The translations under genes were made by a program, and so were the position numbers. Positions 44,377 to 54,129 of a stretch of 64,000 nt of DNA are shown here, in pieces. Position 1 is the stretch's first letter. Every line of letters begins with the position of its first letter. The notes beneath the pieces are model-generated. The model worked only from the letters and a program-made list of their open reading frames with translations, had not been told where the DNA came from and did no database searches. Origin of the DNA: an uncultured Planctomycetaceae bacterium (GTDB lineage Bacteria; Planctomycetota; Planctomycetia; Pirellulales; PALSA-1355); the NCBI GenBank assembly GCA_963785305.1, contig CAWAUV010000009.1:1-64000 (forward strand), read 5' to 3'.

Positions 44377-44839
44377 GACGCATCCATGCGTCGGAGCGAT
44401 AGTCCCAAAAACAACGAAGCGGTGATGCGAACATTCCGCATTCGGACATATCGGCCATCGCTTGGCGCGCTGTTCGTGCGAGCCGGCGCCGCCAGCGCCA
44501 CGGTCACAGCCGCATCGCTTTGCGCCCGCCCCGCAATTTGCCCAGTCAATAAAGACGCGGGCCGATTTCAATCGAATCCCCCGATGGGGCGCACGCACCG
44601 AACCGGTCATCTCGCGGTGGGACGGCTTAAAAAATGAAAAAAGCCGTGGCAATGCTATTGGGAACCGCGACGCGAGTGGCTTATAGTCGCCTTTCGGGTG
44701 AGCAGTGCTTCCGGTAGCAGACGGCGCCGGCAGCGGACCCAATGCGAGACTGCTCGCCGTATCGCCAAGTTTTTTAAAATGGATTGGGGCTCGCTCGAAG
44801 CGTCGATTCGGCGGCCCAAGAACGCGGGAAAGGAATCGA

Positions 44840-45184
44840 ATGATGCGAATCGGCAAACGATTATTGACCCAGGGCTTGCTGGCGGCGGGTTTGCTCGCGG
44901 CTTCGAGCGGCGTGGCGTGGGCTTATCCGCCGGGGGGACCCGGTTTCTATCACCACTGGGGCGGCCATCCGTGGCTGACCTTCGGCGTGTTCGCGCCGCC
45001 GGTCGTGGTCGCCGCGCCGCCGGTCGTGATTGCCCCGCGTCCGGTATATGCGGCGCCTCCGCCGGTATATGCCGCCCCGGTAGCGCCGGCCTATCCGGCC
45101 TATGTCGCCCCGCCAGCGCCCGGCTATTTGCCGGGAGCCCCGGCATATGGCGCACCGCCGCCGAACCCGTATTACCCCTACTGA
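44840..45184 (+). CDS. Small secreted Pro/Tyr-rich protein
   Basis: AAGGA ribosome-binding site; signal peptide ending AWA; APPVV and PVYAAP repeats. Confidence 0.7.
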   Translation: MMRIGKRLLTQGLLAAGLLAASSGVAWAYPPGGPGFYHHWGGHPWLTFGVFAPPVVVAAPPVVIAPRPVYAAPPPVYAAPVAPAYPAYVAPPAPGYLPGAPAYGAPPPNPYYPY

Positions 45185-45230
45185 TTCACGCCGCGTTCGA
45201 GCTCCGCCGGCCTTCGGCCTCGAAACCCGC

Positions 45231-46649
45231 TTAACGCGTTGCCGTGTTGGGCGGGACCGAGGCTTGCAAGGCCGGCGCCGCATAGCGGCGGATGTCTTTT
45301 TGGAACTGCTGCCGCGTTTCTTCCGACGCGAACAGGTACACCCGATTGCCCAGAAACACGCCGTGGGCTCGCATGCCGGGCACGCTTTGATTCTGGTCGT
45401 GGGCCAACACCGGGTCGTCGCCCGAAAGCACCGGGCTATAAAGATCGGGATTGGCCATGAATCGCTTCTGCTCGTCGGGCCCGGCAAACAGATAGGTGCG
45501 ACCGCGATGCACGGCGCCCCAGCGATTGTCGCCGAGCCGCCACTGGTGACGTTCCGAGAGCGTGACCGAGCAATAGCCATCGAGCCCGACCGGCGGCGAG
45601 CCGGGCGGAAGCTGGATCTGTGCGGCCCGTTGCTTGGCTTCGAACTCGGCTTGGTTGGCGTTGCGACGTTCGACCAAGGCGGCGACGAGTCCATTTTCAC
45701 CGGGTTGCACGGCTCCGTTGAAGAGCCCGCTTTTCGGCGCTACCGCGGGCGGTTGTCCCGTGGCGGGATTTGCGGCGCCCGGCGCCGCGGCGACCTGCGG
45801 CTGGGCGCTTGGTTGCTGAAACGGCTGGGCGGGATATTGCCCGGCCGGTGGCGCTTGAGCCGGAGCTTGCGGCGGATATTGCACATTTTGCTGCAGCGGA
45901 TACTGCGAGCCCGGCGGGCCTTGATAGGGAGCGCTCCCCGGCGGCGATTGCGCCGGCTGCTGGGGCGGATAGCCGGCGCCCGGCTGCGCGGGATACGACG
46001 CGGTTTGCGGCGCGGTTTGCGGCGCGGTTTGCGTTGGGGCATAAGACTGGGCGCGGCGCCCGGCTGTGGCGTGTATCCGGCGGTCGGCGTGACAACGGCC
46101 ACGGCGGGCTCGACCGCGCCGATGGGCGAGGCGGCCGGCGCTTCGCCCAACTTGGCGGTGGCATATGCGTTTTGGGCCTCGGCGGCCGGCCGGCCATAGC
46201 CGGTGGCGAGCAACTGGCGATAGCCGGCGTTCACCTGATTCAACTGCGCCACATAGTCGTCGGCGTCTTGCGGACTCGGCAGCACGCTCAACACTTGCCC
46301 GTTCGCGGTGAGCACCACATCGGTCGGAATCGTTTTCACGCCGTAGTGTTTGACGAGCCCAGGCGCCGAGTCGGCGTTGATCTTCACCGGCACAAACTCG
46401 CTTTCGAGGGCTTCGGCGAACCGAGGCTGCGAAAAGACTTCTTTCTCGACCCGCATGCATGGCTTGCAGGTCGGCGACCAGAAATGAGCGAGCACCAGCC
46501 GATTCGACTTCGCGGCGGCGGCTTGACCGGCTTCGATCGACGATTGCCAGTGGACCTGGTCTTGGGCCAGGAGTTGGCCCCCGGCGGATGACAGCGCGGC
46601 CCAGCAAACAATGCGCGCAAGCGACAAACGAAACAAATACCGAGTCACG
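45231..46649 (-). CDS. Thioredoxin-fold protein with a Pro/Gln linker and C-terminal YHS-like domains (frameshift near 46040)
   Basis: HFWSPTCKPC, YGVKTIPT; LDGYCSV, HRGRTYLF, FMANPDLY, GDDPV, RVYLFASE. Start uncertain. Confidence 0.8.
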   Translation of the reverse strand, partial: RDSVFVSFVACAHCLLGRAVIRRGPTPGPRPGPLAIVDRSRSSRRREVESAGARSFLVADLQAMHAGRERSLFAASVRRSPRKRVCAGEDQRRLGAWARQTLRRENDSDRCGAHRERASVERAAESARRRRLCGAVESGERRLSPVARHRLWPAGRRGPKRICHRQVGRSAGRLAHRRGRARRGRCHADRRIHATAGRRAQSYAPTQTAPQTAPQTASYPAQPGAGYPPQQPAQSPPGSAPYQGPPGSQYPLQQNVQYPPQAPAQAPPAGQYPAQPFQQPSAQPQVAAAPGAANPATGQPPAVAPKSGLFNGAVQPGENGLVAALVERRNANQAEFEAKQRAAQIQLPPGSPPVGLDGYCSVTLSERHQWRLGDNRWGAVHRGRTYLFAGPDEQKRFMANPDLYSPVLSGDDPVLAHDQNQSVPGMRAHGVFLGNRVYLFASEETRQQFQKDIRRYAAPALQASVPPNTATR

Positions 46650-47261
46650 ATGCCCCCCTTTTTCTTTGCAATCTCGGCTGCCGTCCAAGGTGAGGCTTGG
46701 GCGGATTCTTCTGGTCTTATCGGTAAGCTCGGGTCTGAAAGTGATGAATTTGTGGGTCGCGACGCCATTCGAGTCAAGATCAATGCGCACGCGGTGATGA
46801 ACGGCGGGAATTGTTGAAGCTCGGCGTGGCGGAGGTGCGATGAGCGGAAGTGGCGGACCTTAACGCCTGGAAATTTATTTCCGTAGCCTGAAGATGTGTC
46901 TTGACTTCGGGCCGCCCGTGGCTAAGATGTCGATAGTTCTACCGAGCCGGTAGACGCTTGCCCGAGAGGATCGTAGATCGCCCGATAAGATTTTTCGGGC
47001 GCCTTCTGGGAGCGAAGGATCGAGGAGTCTGACGACGGTTATACGTCGCACTCGACTTTCTGACCTGATTCTTGGATTCCGGTGGCAAGCATTCGTTGGC
47101 CTGCGGATTTTGCGATGGCAAGATTGCAAGCAGCAGCGACGCCGGCTGATGTGCATGCGAGAGTCTGTCGCCTGCTAGCGCCGCGGTTTTCCAAGGCATG
47201 CTGGCGAGATTCTATCGTCTTCTGGCGAAGCTCTGCCGAGAGCGAGTCAGTTCGCGCCGCA

Positions 47262-47305
47262 TAGCAAGGCAGTATTCCACCTAGCAAGGCAGTATTCCAC
47301 CTAGC
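47262..47305. repeat. Perfect 20-bp tandem duplication (TAGCAAGGCAGTATTCCACC x2 plus TAGC)
   Basis: Read directly from the sequence, in the long intergenic region upstream of rho. Confidence 0.9.
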
Positions 47306-47785
47306 GAGATAATGTGCCGCGTGGTGAGATACTTTGCGAGGCGGACGGTGTTCGCGAAGGCGAGGACGATCTTCAAGCGAGGCTCGCTTGATGTTCGCGG
47401 CCTTCGCTATGTGCGAGAATCTCGTTTTGCGCCTGGCGCTCGCGATGCATTTGGGGATCGAATAACGCCCCCGGAAGAAGCGGCTGGGTTGTTCAACCGC
47501 TGGTTTAGAACGTAATCGCCGGCCCACCCGCTGGTTTTTTTACGCCTCTATCCCTTGATGGTTCGGCCACCTCTGCTCAAGATTCGCTCGCGGTCGAGGC
47601 CGAATCGAATATGTCCCGAGAACGGGGACCGGTGTTCGCTTGCCGATGAAGGTCCGCTATCGTGCCGGATGCTCTATTTTTCGATATTCCTCCGCGATCG
47701 GCCGCGCCGTTCGCCTCGAGCCGTGCCGCGGTTCCTCGCTCGTTTCGTCGTTTTGTGTGATTCCGTTTCCAGTTCCAGGTGAGTA

Positions 47786-49117
47786 ATGGGTAAGCGAAAG
47801 AAGACTCGGCCGCGCGGTCGCGGTGGTCCGGGCATGGGGCCGGGGCCTGGTGGGCATCGGCATCATCATCACAACAACAACAATAACCAAGGCAATGGCC
47901 GGCCTCGCCCTCAGCGCGATGGCCAGCGGCGATACAAAGATCCAAACATGGATCGCGGTCCCGAAGGCGACATGGCCGACAACGGCGAGCCAGGACCGGT
48001 CGAGCCGGGCATGGGCGTGCTTGAAATGCACCCCAACGGCTACGGGTTTCTTCGCAATCCCAAGACCAACTTCTTGCGTGAACGCACCGACCCATTCGTC
48101 CCCGGCACGATGATCGACCGCTATCGCCTGCGCGAAGGCGTGCTGATTCACGGCATGGTGCAGCACAGCAAGAAGCAGCAAGGCCCGCGGCTCAAGGAAA
48201 TCCTCGATGTCGACGGCATGAAGCCCGAAGACTATATCAACGTCAAAAGCTTCGATGATCTCACGCCGATCAATCCCGAGAGTTGGCTCCAGCTTGAAAC
48301 CGACGGTTCCCAACTCACGACCCGCGTGATGGACCTGCTCACGCCGCTCGGCAAGGGGCAACGGGCCTTGATCGTGGCTCCGCCGCGCACCGGCAAGACC
48401 TTCTTGCTGCAGCATATCAGTCATGCGATCTCGGAAAACTATCCCGAGCTCACGCTGATCGTGCTCTTGATCGACGAGCGGCCCGAGGAAGTAACCGACA
48501 TGCGCCGCACCGTGCGCGGCGATGTGATCGCCAGCAGCTTGGACCGCGATGTCGAGAGCCATGTGCGGCTTTCGCAGCTCGTGGTCGAGCGCTGCAAGCG
48601 GTTCGCGGAAATGGGCAAGGATGTGTTCCTGCTCATGGATTCGATCACCCGCATGGCCCGCGCCTTCAATAAATGGGTCGGCAATACCGGCCGCACCATG
48701 TCGGGCGGCGTCGATATCAAGGCGCTCGACATTCCCAAGAAGCTCTTCGCCACGGCCCGCGTGTTCGAGGAAGGCGGCTCGCTCACGATCGTGGCCACGG
48801 CCTTGGTCGACACCGGCAGCCGCATGGACGAACTGATTTTCCAGGAGTTCAAGGGCACCGGCAACATGGAACTGGTGCTCGACCGAAAGCTGGCCGACCG
48901 CCGGGTGTGGCCGGCGATCGATATCAGCCAATCGGGCACGCGCCGCGAGGAAAAGCTGCTCAGCCCCGACACGCTGCACGCCACCACCATGCTCCGCCGC
49001 ACGCTGTCTTCGATGCACCATGTCGACGCCATGGAACAACTGACCAAGCAATTGGCCAAGTTCAAGCGGAATAGCGATTTCATCAAGTTGATCAGCGGCT
49101 CGCACGCCAACGACTGA
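47786..49117 (+). CDS. rho: Transcription termination factor Rho
   Basis: GVLEMHPNGYGFLR, PLGKGQR, APPRTGKT, LIDERPEEV, DSITR, FKGTGNMEL, SGTRREE. Confidence 0.97.
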   Translation: MGKRKKTRPRGRGGPGMGPGPGGHRHHHHNNNNNQGNGRPRPQRDGQRRYKDPNMDRGPEGDMADNGEPGPVEPGMGVLEMHPNGYGFLRNPKTNFLRERTDPFVPGTMIDRYRLREGVLIHGMVQHSKKQQGPRLKEILDVDGMKPEDYINVKSFDDLTPINPESWLQLETDGSQLTTRVMDLLTPLGKGQRALIVAPPRTGKTFLLQHISHAISENYPELTLIVLLIDERPEEVTDMRRTVRGDVIASSLDRDVESHVRLSQLVVERCKRFAEMGKDVFLLMDSITRMARAFNKWVGNTGRTMSGGVDIKALDIPKKLFATARVFEEGGSLTIVATALVDTGSRMDELIFQEFKGTGNMELVLDRKLADRRVWPAIDISQSGTRREEKLLSPDTLHATTMLRRTLSSMHHVDAMEQLTKQLAKFKRNSDFIKLISGSHAND

Positions 49118-49171
49118 CGCCGCCCGCGAGATTTCATCCCCTAGTTTTTGCGCACCGCGCAGGACGTCGCC

Positions 49172-49474
49172 ATGCCGAGCATGAACGTGACCGTGCCGCA
49201 TCCGTTTACCCAAGACGAAGCCACCGAGCGGCTGAAGAAACTGCTCGAGTTCGCCAAGGCGCGCAACGAAGGCAAAGTGACCGATCTGGTCGAGGAATGG
49301 ACCGATCATCGGCTCACATTCAGCTTCTCGACGTTCGGGTTCAAGGTCAGCGGCTCGGTCGATGTCGAGCCGCACGATGTCCAGGTGCAAGGCACGATCC
49401 CATTCGCGGCGGTGATGTTCAAGGGCAAGATCGAGCAAGCGGTCAAGGACGAGCTGCGGCGAGTGCTCGCCTGA
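49172..49474 (+). CDS. Polyhydroxyalkanoic acid system (PHA_gran_rgn-like) family protein
   Basis: VTVPHPFTQDEA...LTFSF...VSGSV...IPFAAVMFKGKIE. Confidence 0.75.
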   Translation: MPSMNVTVPHPFTQDEATERLKKLLEFAKARNEGKVTDLVEEWTDHRLTFSFSTFGFKVSGSVDVEPHDVQVQGTIPFAAVMFKGKIEQAVKDELRRVLA

Positions 49475-50543
49475 GCGGCCGAGCTTGCGCGAGCCACGCT
49501 TGCCGGAGACCGTGACCGCCGCGCCTGCGCGCCAGGGGGTAACGGCCCCGCGCGATGATCGCCGCGCGAGATTCGCTCGTCGGCTTCGGAAGGGGCCCGG
49601 CGCCAAAGCGATCTCCGCGCGCGGCCAAGCCATCGCGATCGCGCTCGGTCTCGAAGAATTCGGCCCAGACCGGCATTTCGTCGGAAATGGCCAACGCTTG
49701 TTCGACCGTGAGGTTGAACTGCCGCACGACATCCATCACCCCAGCTCGCCCGGTGAACTCGCTGGCCGTGGCGCTGTAGAGCACATTCGCATTTTGGCGA
49801 TCGCCGGGAATATTGGTCGGAATTCCGCGGATCGCCGCCGCGAGCCGATCCGATTCCGCGAGCGGTTGGAGTTGCTTGTCGCTCGCCGCGAAATTGCCGG
49901 CCACGATCACATCGTCTTCGCCGCGCCCATCGTCGCGCACCGCGCGATAGGCGGCGCCGATCGCGTCGAATTCCGAGAGCTGACAATCAACCGCCATCAC
50001 GGTAAAGGTAAACGCTTCGTCGGCGGGAACGCCGCGCGCGCGAAACCAGCCGATCAGCGGCGGATAGTCGAGCAAGTGATCGGGATCGCTCACCACATAG
50101 CTGGCGGCGCGATCGACCTCGACCCGATCGGCGTCGAACACGATCGCCATGCGTCGCGATTCACGGCCCACGGCGGGACCAACGATCGAATCGAAACGCC
50201 GATCGCCCTCGTTGGCGGAATCGACCAAGCTGGCCACCGCCTCGACGCCGCGCGGATCAATATCGGTAATGACTAGCACATCGAAATTTCGCGTCGCCTG
50301 GGCAAGCACCGCGCGCGCGGCGTGGCGTTCGAGCGTGGCCAGCGAAAAGGCTCGGATTTTGTAAGCCGCGATGCGAAGCGGATGCTTGGATTCGCCGCCG
50401 GGGCCATTGTCGGCAGCCGAGGAATTCGATTTTCGTCCGAGAAATTTAAGGGCCTTGAGATCGTCGAGGCTGTAATGGTCGAACAGCCAGCCGCCGCCGC
50501 CAATGGCGAGCGCGACGAAACCGAGCAGCCAGAATTTTCGCAT
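49443..50543 (-). CDS. Endonuclease/exonuclease/phosphatase (DNase I-like) fold protein with degenerate catalytic motifs
   Basis: N-terminal anchor; LRIAAYKI, FDVLVITDI, EDDVIVAGNF, ISDEMPVWAEF. The 3' end is uncertain because it overlaps the convergent gene. Confidence 0.75.
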   Translation of the reverse strand: MRKFWLLGFVALAIGGGGWLFDHYSLDDLKALKFLGRKSNSSAADNGPGGESKHPLRIAAYKIRAFSLATLERHAARAVLAQATRNFDVLVITDIDPRGVEAVASLVDSANEGDRRFDSIVGPAVGRESRRMAIVFDADRVEVDRAASYVVSDPDHLLDYPPLIGWFRARGVPADEAFTFTVMAVDCQLSEFDAIGAAYRAVRDDGRGEDDVIVAGNFAASDKQLQPLAESDRLAAAIRGIPTNIPGDRQNANVLYSATASEFTGRAGVMDVVRQFNLTVEQALAISDEMPVWAEFFETERDRDGLAARGDRFGAGPLPKPTSESRAAIIARGRYPLARRRGGHGLRQAWLAQARPLRRALAAARP

Positions 50544-50945
50544 GGCGCTTGTGGCCTTTTTTCCCGGTTTGAAATCATTGGGCCCGGCGAACCTCGCCCC
50601 ACCCCGCCCGGTCTAATAGCGCGGCCGCTCCCGGCGGGAAAAACGATATCGCGAACGCGCATTTGGCTCCAGGGCACTTTCGCCCGACCTTTTGGCGATC
50701 GGGCCCCCGGGGCCGCGAATTCCGCTTTTCCGGCTAGCCGGCCGCCGAAGTTCGCAAAAATGCGTCGGGCCCTCCAATGCGGTTCGATTGTCCCCGACGG
50801 CTGGTTTTACGAACAAGGGAAGTTAGAATAAAGTCGTCGCTGGCGCCCGCGGCCATTTCCGATGCTGGCATGCTCGCGGGCGGAAGCGGCGTGTGTCGCG
50901 AAGAGCGCGTTTTGCGTCACCAGAGCTCAATCCGAGAGGTATCAT

Positions 50946-51380
50946 TTGGCCACGGCAATTCAGGTCATGGAGTCCAAGGGAGGCCGCGGTTTGGATCGCG
51001 CTTTGGCTGCCGCCGGGGTGGCCGATCGCAACCGAGGTCGCGAGATCGTGGTGCTCGATCTGCGGCGGCTGACTACTGTATTCGACTACTTCGTGGTGAT
51101 CACCGGCAGTAGCCGCCGCCAGTTGCACGCGATCAGCGAGGAAATCGACGACGCGTTCGCCAAGCAATTCGGCGACGAGCGATTGGGCATCGAAGGCTAC
51201 GCCGAGAGTCGCTGGATTCTGCTCGACTACGGCGACGTGGTCGTGCATCTGTTCGACGACGCGACGCGCGGCTACTACGACCTGGAAAACCTCTGGTCGG
51301 GCGCCCAGCGAATCTCGCTCGACGGTATTGTGTCGCAAGGCGACGCCCCGCCGACGATCGCCGCGAACCTGCCCCGCTAG
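50946..51380 (+). CDS. rsfS: Ribosome silencing factor
   Basis: IVVLDLR, FDYFVVITG, RQLHAI, WILLDYGDVVVHLF, YYDLENLW; TTG start after GAGAGG inferred. Confidence 0.95.
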   Translation: MATAIQVMESKGGRGLDRALAAAGVADRNRGREIVVLDLRRLTTVFDYFVVITGSSRRQLHAISEEIDDAFAKQFGDERLGIEGYAESRWILLDYGDVVVHLFDDATRGYYDLENLWSGAQRISLDGIVSQGDAPPTIAANLPR

Positions 51381-51431
51381 CGCCCGCGCCAGCGGGGATT
51401 TGGTCGCAACCGCAAGGGGCTGCCCCACGAA

Positions 51432-52301
51432 ATGGATTCTTCCCCCGAACCAATGCGGCTATCGATCGCCGAGTGCGCCGCCCTCGCGCTGCTTTGGGAG
51501 GCCACCGCGGCCAAGCCGGGCAACGTGCATCGTGGCGTCGACTTCGACGATCTCGCCTATCCCGATTTTCTGACCGTGGCGGCGCTCACCGGGCCGGTCT
51601 ACGAAGCCGCCACCACGCGTCCGATCGGTCACACCGTGCTCCAAGCCGTGACCCTCGCCCGAAGAGCGACCAACACGAACATCAACCTGGGCGCGGCGCT
51701 CTTGCTCGCCCCGCTAGCCGCCATCGAGCGAAACCTTCCCCTGGCCCATGGCATGCGCGGGGTGCTCGCAAGTCTCACCGCCGATGACGCTCGCGATATC
51801 TACGCCGCGATTCGCCTCGCCGAGCCGGGGGGGCTCGGTCAGGTTGCCCAGCACGATGTATCCGGCCCGGCGCCGGCCGATTTGCTCGTGGCCATGCGCG
51901 CCGCGGCCGAGCGCGATTTGGTGGCGGCCCAATATGTCACGAATTTCGCCATTGTGCTCGACGAGGTGGCGCCGTGCCTCGCGGCCTCGCTCGCCGCGGG
52001 CATGGGGCTGGGCGACGCGATTGTCCACGGGCAACTCGAAACCATGAGCCGGCATCCCGATAGTTTGATCGCTCGCAAATGTGGAATCGAAACCGCCCGG
52101 CAAGCCTCGGCTCGCGCCGCGAAAGCGCTTGCCGCGGGCCCGCCCGGCGGCGAGGCTTATTTCGAGGCCCTGGCCGATCTCGACTTTTGGCTCCGGCTCT
52201 CCGGCCATAAGCGCAATCCCGGCACGACGGCCGATCTCGTGGCCGCCGGTTTGTTTGTCCTACTCCGCGACGGCGAAATCCGTCCGCCCTATCGCTGGTA
52301 A
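51432..52301 (+). CDS. Triphosphoribosyl-dephospho-CoA synthase (CitG) family protein, archaeal/methylotroph orf7-like
   Basis: EATAAKPGNVHR, NINLG, PDSLIARKCG, RNPGTTADL. Confidence 0.85.
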   Translation: MDSSPEPMRLSIAECAALALLWEATAAKPGNVHRGVDFDDLAYPDFLTVAALTGPVYEAATTRPIGHTVLQAVTLARRATNTNINLGAALLLAPLAAIERNLPLAHGMRGVLASLTADDARDIYAAIRLAEPGGLGQVAQHDVSGPAPADLLVAMRAAAERDLVAAQYVTNFAIVLDEVAPCLAASLAAGMGLGDAIVHGQLETMSRHPDSLIARKCGIETARQASARAAKALAAGPPGGEAYFEALADLDFWLRLSGHKRNPGTTADLVAAGLFVLLRDGEIRPPYRW

Positions 52302-52349
52302 TTCACCGGCTTGCAACCCCTCGCTGGAAACTTGAAAGCACTCCCCCAT

Positions 52350-52850
52350 ATGTCCGAGCTTTTTCATGTGCGGATCACGAAGGACACGCTCGTGTTCAGC
52401 TCCGCGCATTTCATTACCTACAATGGCGACGCCTGCGAGACCTTGCATGGCCACAACTTCGGCGTGGCGGCGGAAGTTGCGGGCCCGCTCGACGAGAACT
52501 ATTATGTCGTTGACTTCGTGGCGCTCACCCGGCGGTTGATGGAGCTTGTCGCCGATCTTGACCATCGCGTGCTCTTGCCGACCGAGCATCCGAGGATTCG
52601 GGTCACGGCGAGCAACTCCGAGGTCGAGGCCCGCTTTGGCCGGCGGCGATGGGTGTTTCCGCGCGGCGACTGCGTGCTGCTGCCGATCGCCAATACCACG
52701 GCCGAGCTGCTGGCCCGATATTTGGCGAAGGAGCTCGCCGAAAGCGCGCGGTCGCTCACCGCGAGTCGATTGTCGAGCGTGCGCGTGGAAGTGGATGAGT
52801 GCAATGGGCAATTGGCCGTTTGCGTGCTCGCGCTTCCGAGCGAAGATTGA
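52350..52850 (+). CDS. 6-pyruvoyl-tetrahydropterin synthase (QueD/PTPS, COG0720) family protein
   Basis: FSSAHF, CETLHGHNF, VVDF, LDHR, NTTAELLA. Confidence 0.9.
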   Translation: MSELFHVRITKDTLVFSSAHFITYNGDACETLHGHNFGVAAEVAGPLDENYYVVDFVALTRRLMELVADLDHRVLLPTEHPRIRVTASNSEVEARFGRRRWVFPRGDCVLLPIANTTAELLARYLAKELAESARSLTASRLSSVRVEVDECNGQLAVCVLALPSED

Positions 52851-52931
52851 AATGTCGACGCCGAGTTGCTCCTTCCCGCCTTCGATGAAACACTTTTCCC
52901 CGCCACACACTTCCGCCCCAGGAGTCTTGCC

Positions 52932-53603
52932 ATGCGATGCGTTCGAGTGCGTTTGATGCGTGTGCCGACCGGCGCCGCGATCGTGGTTGCCCTGTGCGGT
53001 CTGGCAATCGCGTCCGCGGCCCAAGCGGCCGACGACGATTGGAAGCCGCTCTTCAATGGCAAGGACCTCGCGGGCTGGGAGCTTGTCGGGGCGCCCGAGG
53101 GAAGCTGGAAGGTGCTCGACGGCGACCTCGTGACCAGCGGCAAGGGCGGGGGCTGGATCTCCACCACCAGCCAATATGCGAACTTCGAGCTCGAACTCGA
53201 ATTCAAGGCGCCGGAAAATGGCAACAGCGGCGTGTTTCTCCGTTCCCCGCATTCCGGCGACCCGGCCTACTCGGGCATGGAAATCCAAGTGCTCGACGAC
53301 CACGGCAGCGCCTACACGAAGCTCCAGCCCTGGCAATACACCGGCAGCATCTACAACGTGGTGGCCGCCACTCCACGGGTGACCAAACAAGCCGGCGAAT
53401 GGCAGACGATGAAGATTCTCTGCGACAAGCGGCATGTGCAAGTGACGGTAAACGGCACAACGGTCGTCGACGCCAATCTCGACGACCACAACGACGTGCT
53501 CAAGAAGCACCCGGGCCTCGAGCGCACCGAAGGCTACATCGGCCTCCAGAACCACAGCACCCCGCTAGCCTACCGCAACATCCGCATCAAGCCGCTACCA
53601 TGA
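52932..53603 (+). CDS. DUF1080 (3-keto-disaccharide hydrolase) family secreted protein
   Basis: WKPLFNGKDLAGW, GNSGVF, EIQVLD, GEWQ, GYIGLQNH, YRNIRIK. Confidence 0.92.
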   Translation: MRCVRVRLMRVPTGAAIVVALCGLAIASAAQAADDDWKPLFNGKDLAGWELVGAPEGSWKVLDGDLVTSGKGGGWISTTSQYANFELELEFKAPENGNSGVFLRSPHSGDPAYSGMEIQVLDDHGSAYTKLQPWQYTGSIYNVVAATPRVTKQAGEWQTMKILCDKRHVQVTVNGTTVVDANLDDHNDVLKKHPGLERTEGYIGLQNHSTPLAYRNIRIKPLP

Positions 53604-54129
53604 CGCGGCCTCGCGAGCCGCGGCCGCGCTTAGTTGTTTTTTCGCATCACGGCCCACCGTGGAAGCAGCGCCAGGTATCGTCGTTGGCGATGCGGACTCC
53701 GTGGCAATCGCGCATCCCCGAGGCTATTCGGTTTACCGGATCGATGGTATTTTGGCGACTACGGCATGGCGATCGTCGAGCAGTCGCGCCGGGATCGCGT
53801 TGTATTTCCAAGCCCAGCGGCAGGGCGAATACTTGCGGGCTGTATCGCGTGCGGAGTAATCTGTTATTGTGCGATGGCTTAGGCTTAAACAGCCGTTTCC
53901 GTCGAGCAGCGCGCGACAAGCAACGCTTCGTAATGCGCATCGGCCCCGACGCCCCACCGCGGGCGCGGATCCGTGCCACAACAAAGCGGAAAGTAAGAAA
54001 GCAATGATCGAGGCCGCGAGGCTGGCCGCCAATTAGAAGCTTGTCGCGCGGTCCACCCATGATGCGTCGTGCAATCGCGTAAAACGTCGGCGGGCCGTCG
54101 CCCGTCGAACAACCCCATGAGGCACAACA

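Noticed and set aside
45998..46034. 12-bp tandem repeat GCGGTTTGCGGC
   Set aside because: It encodes the QTAP linker of the thioredoxin-YHS protein; ordinary low-complexity coding sequence.
53604..54129. Possible small gene or remnant between the DUF1080 and ThuA genes
   Set aside because: Several short ORFs on both strands, none with a recognisable motif or ribosome-binding site.
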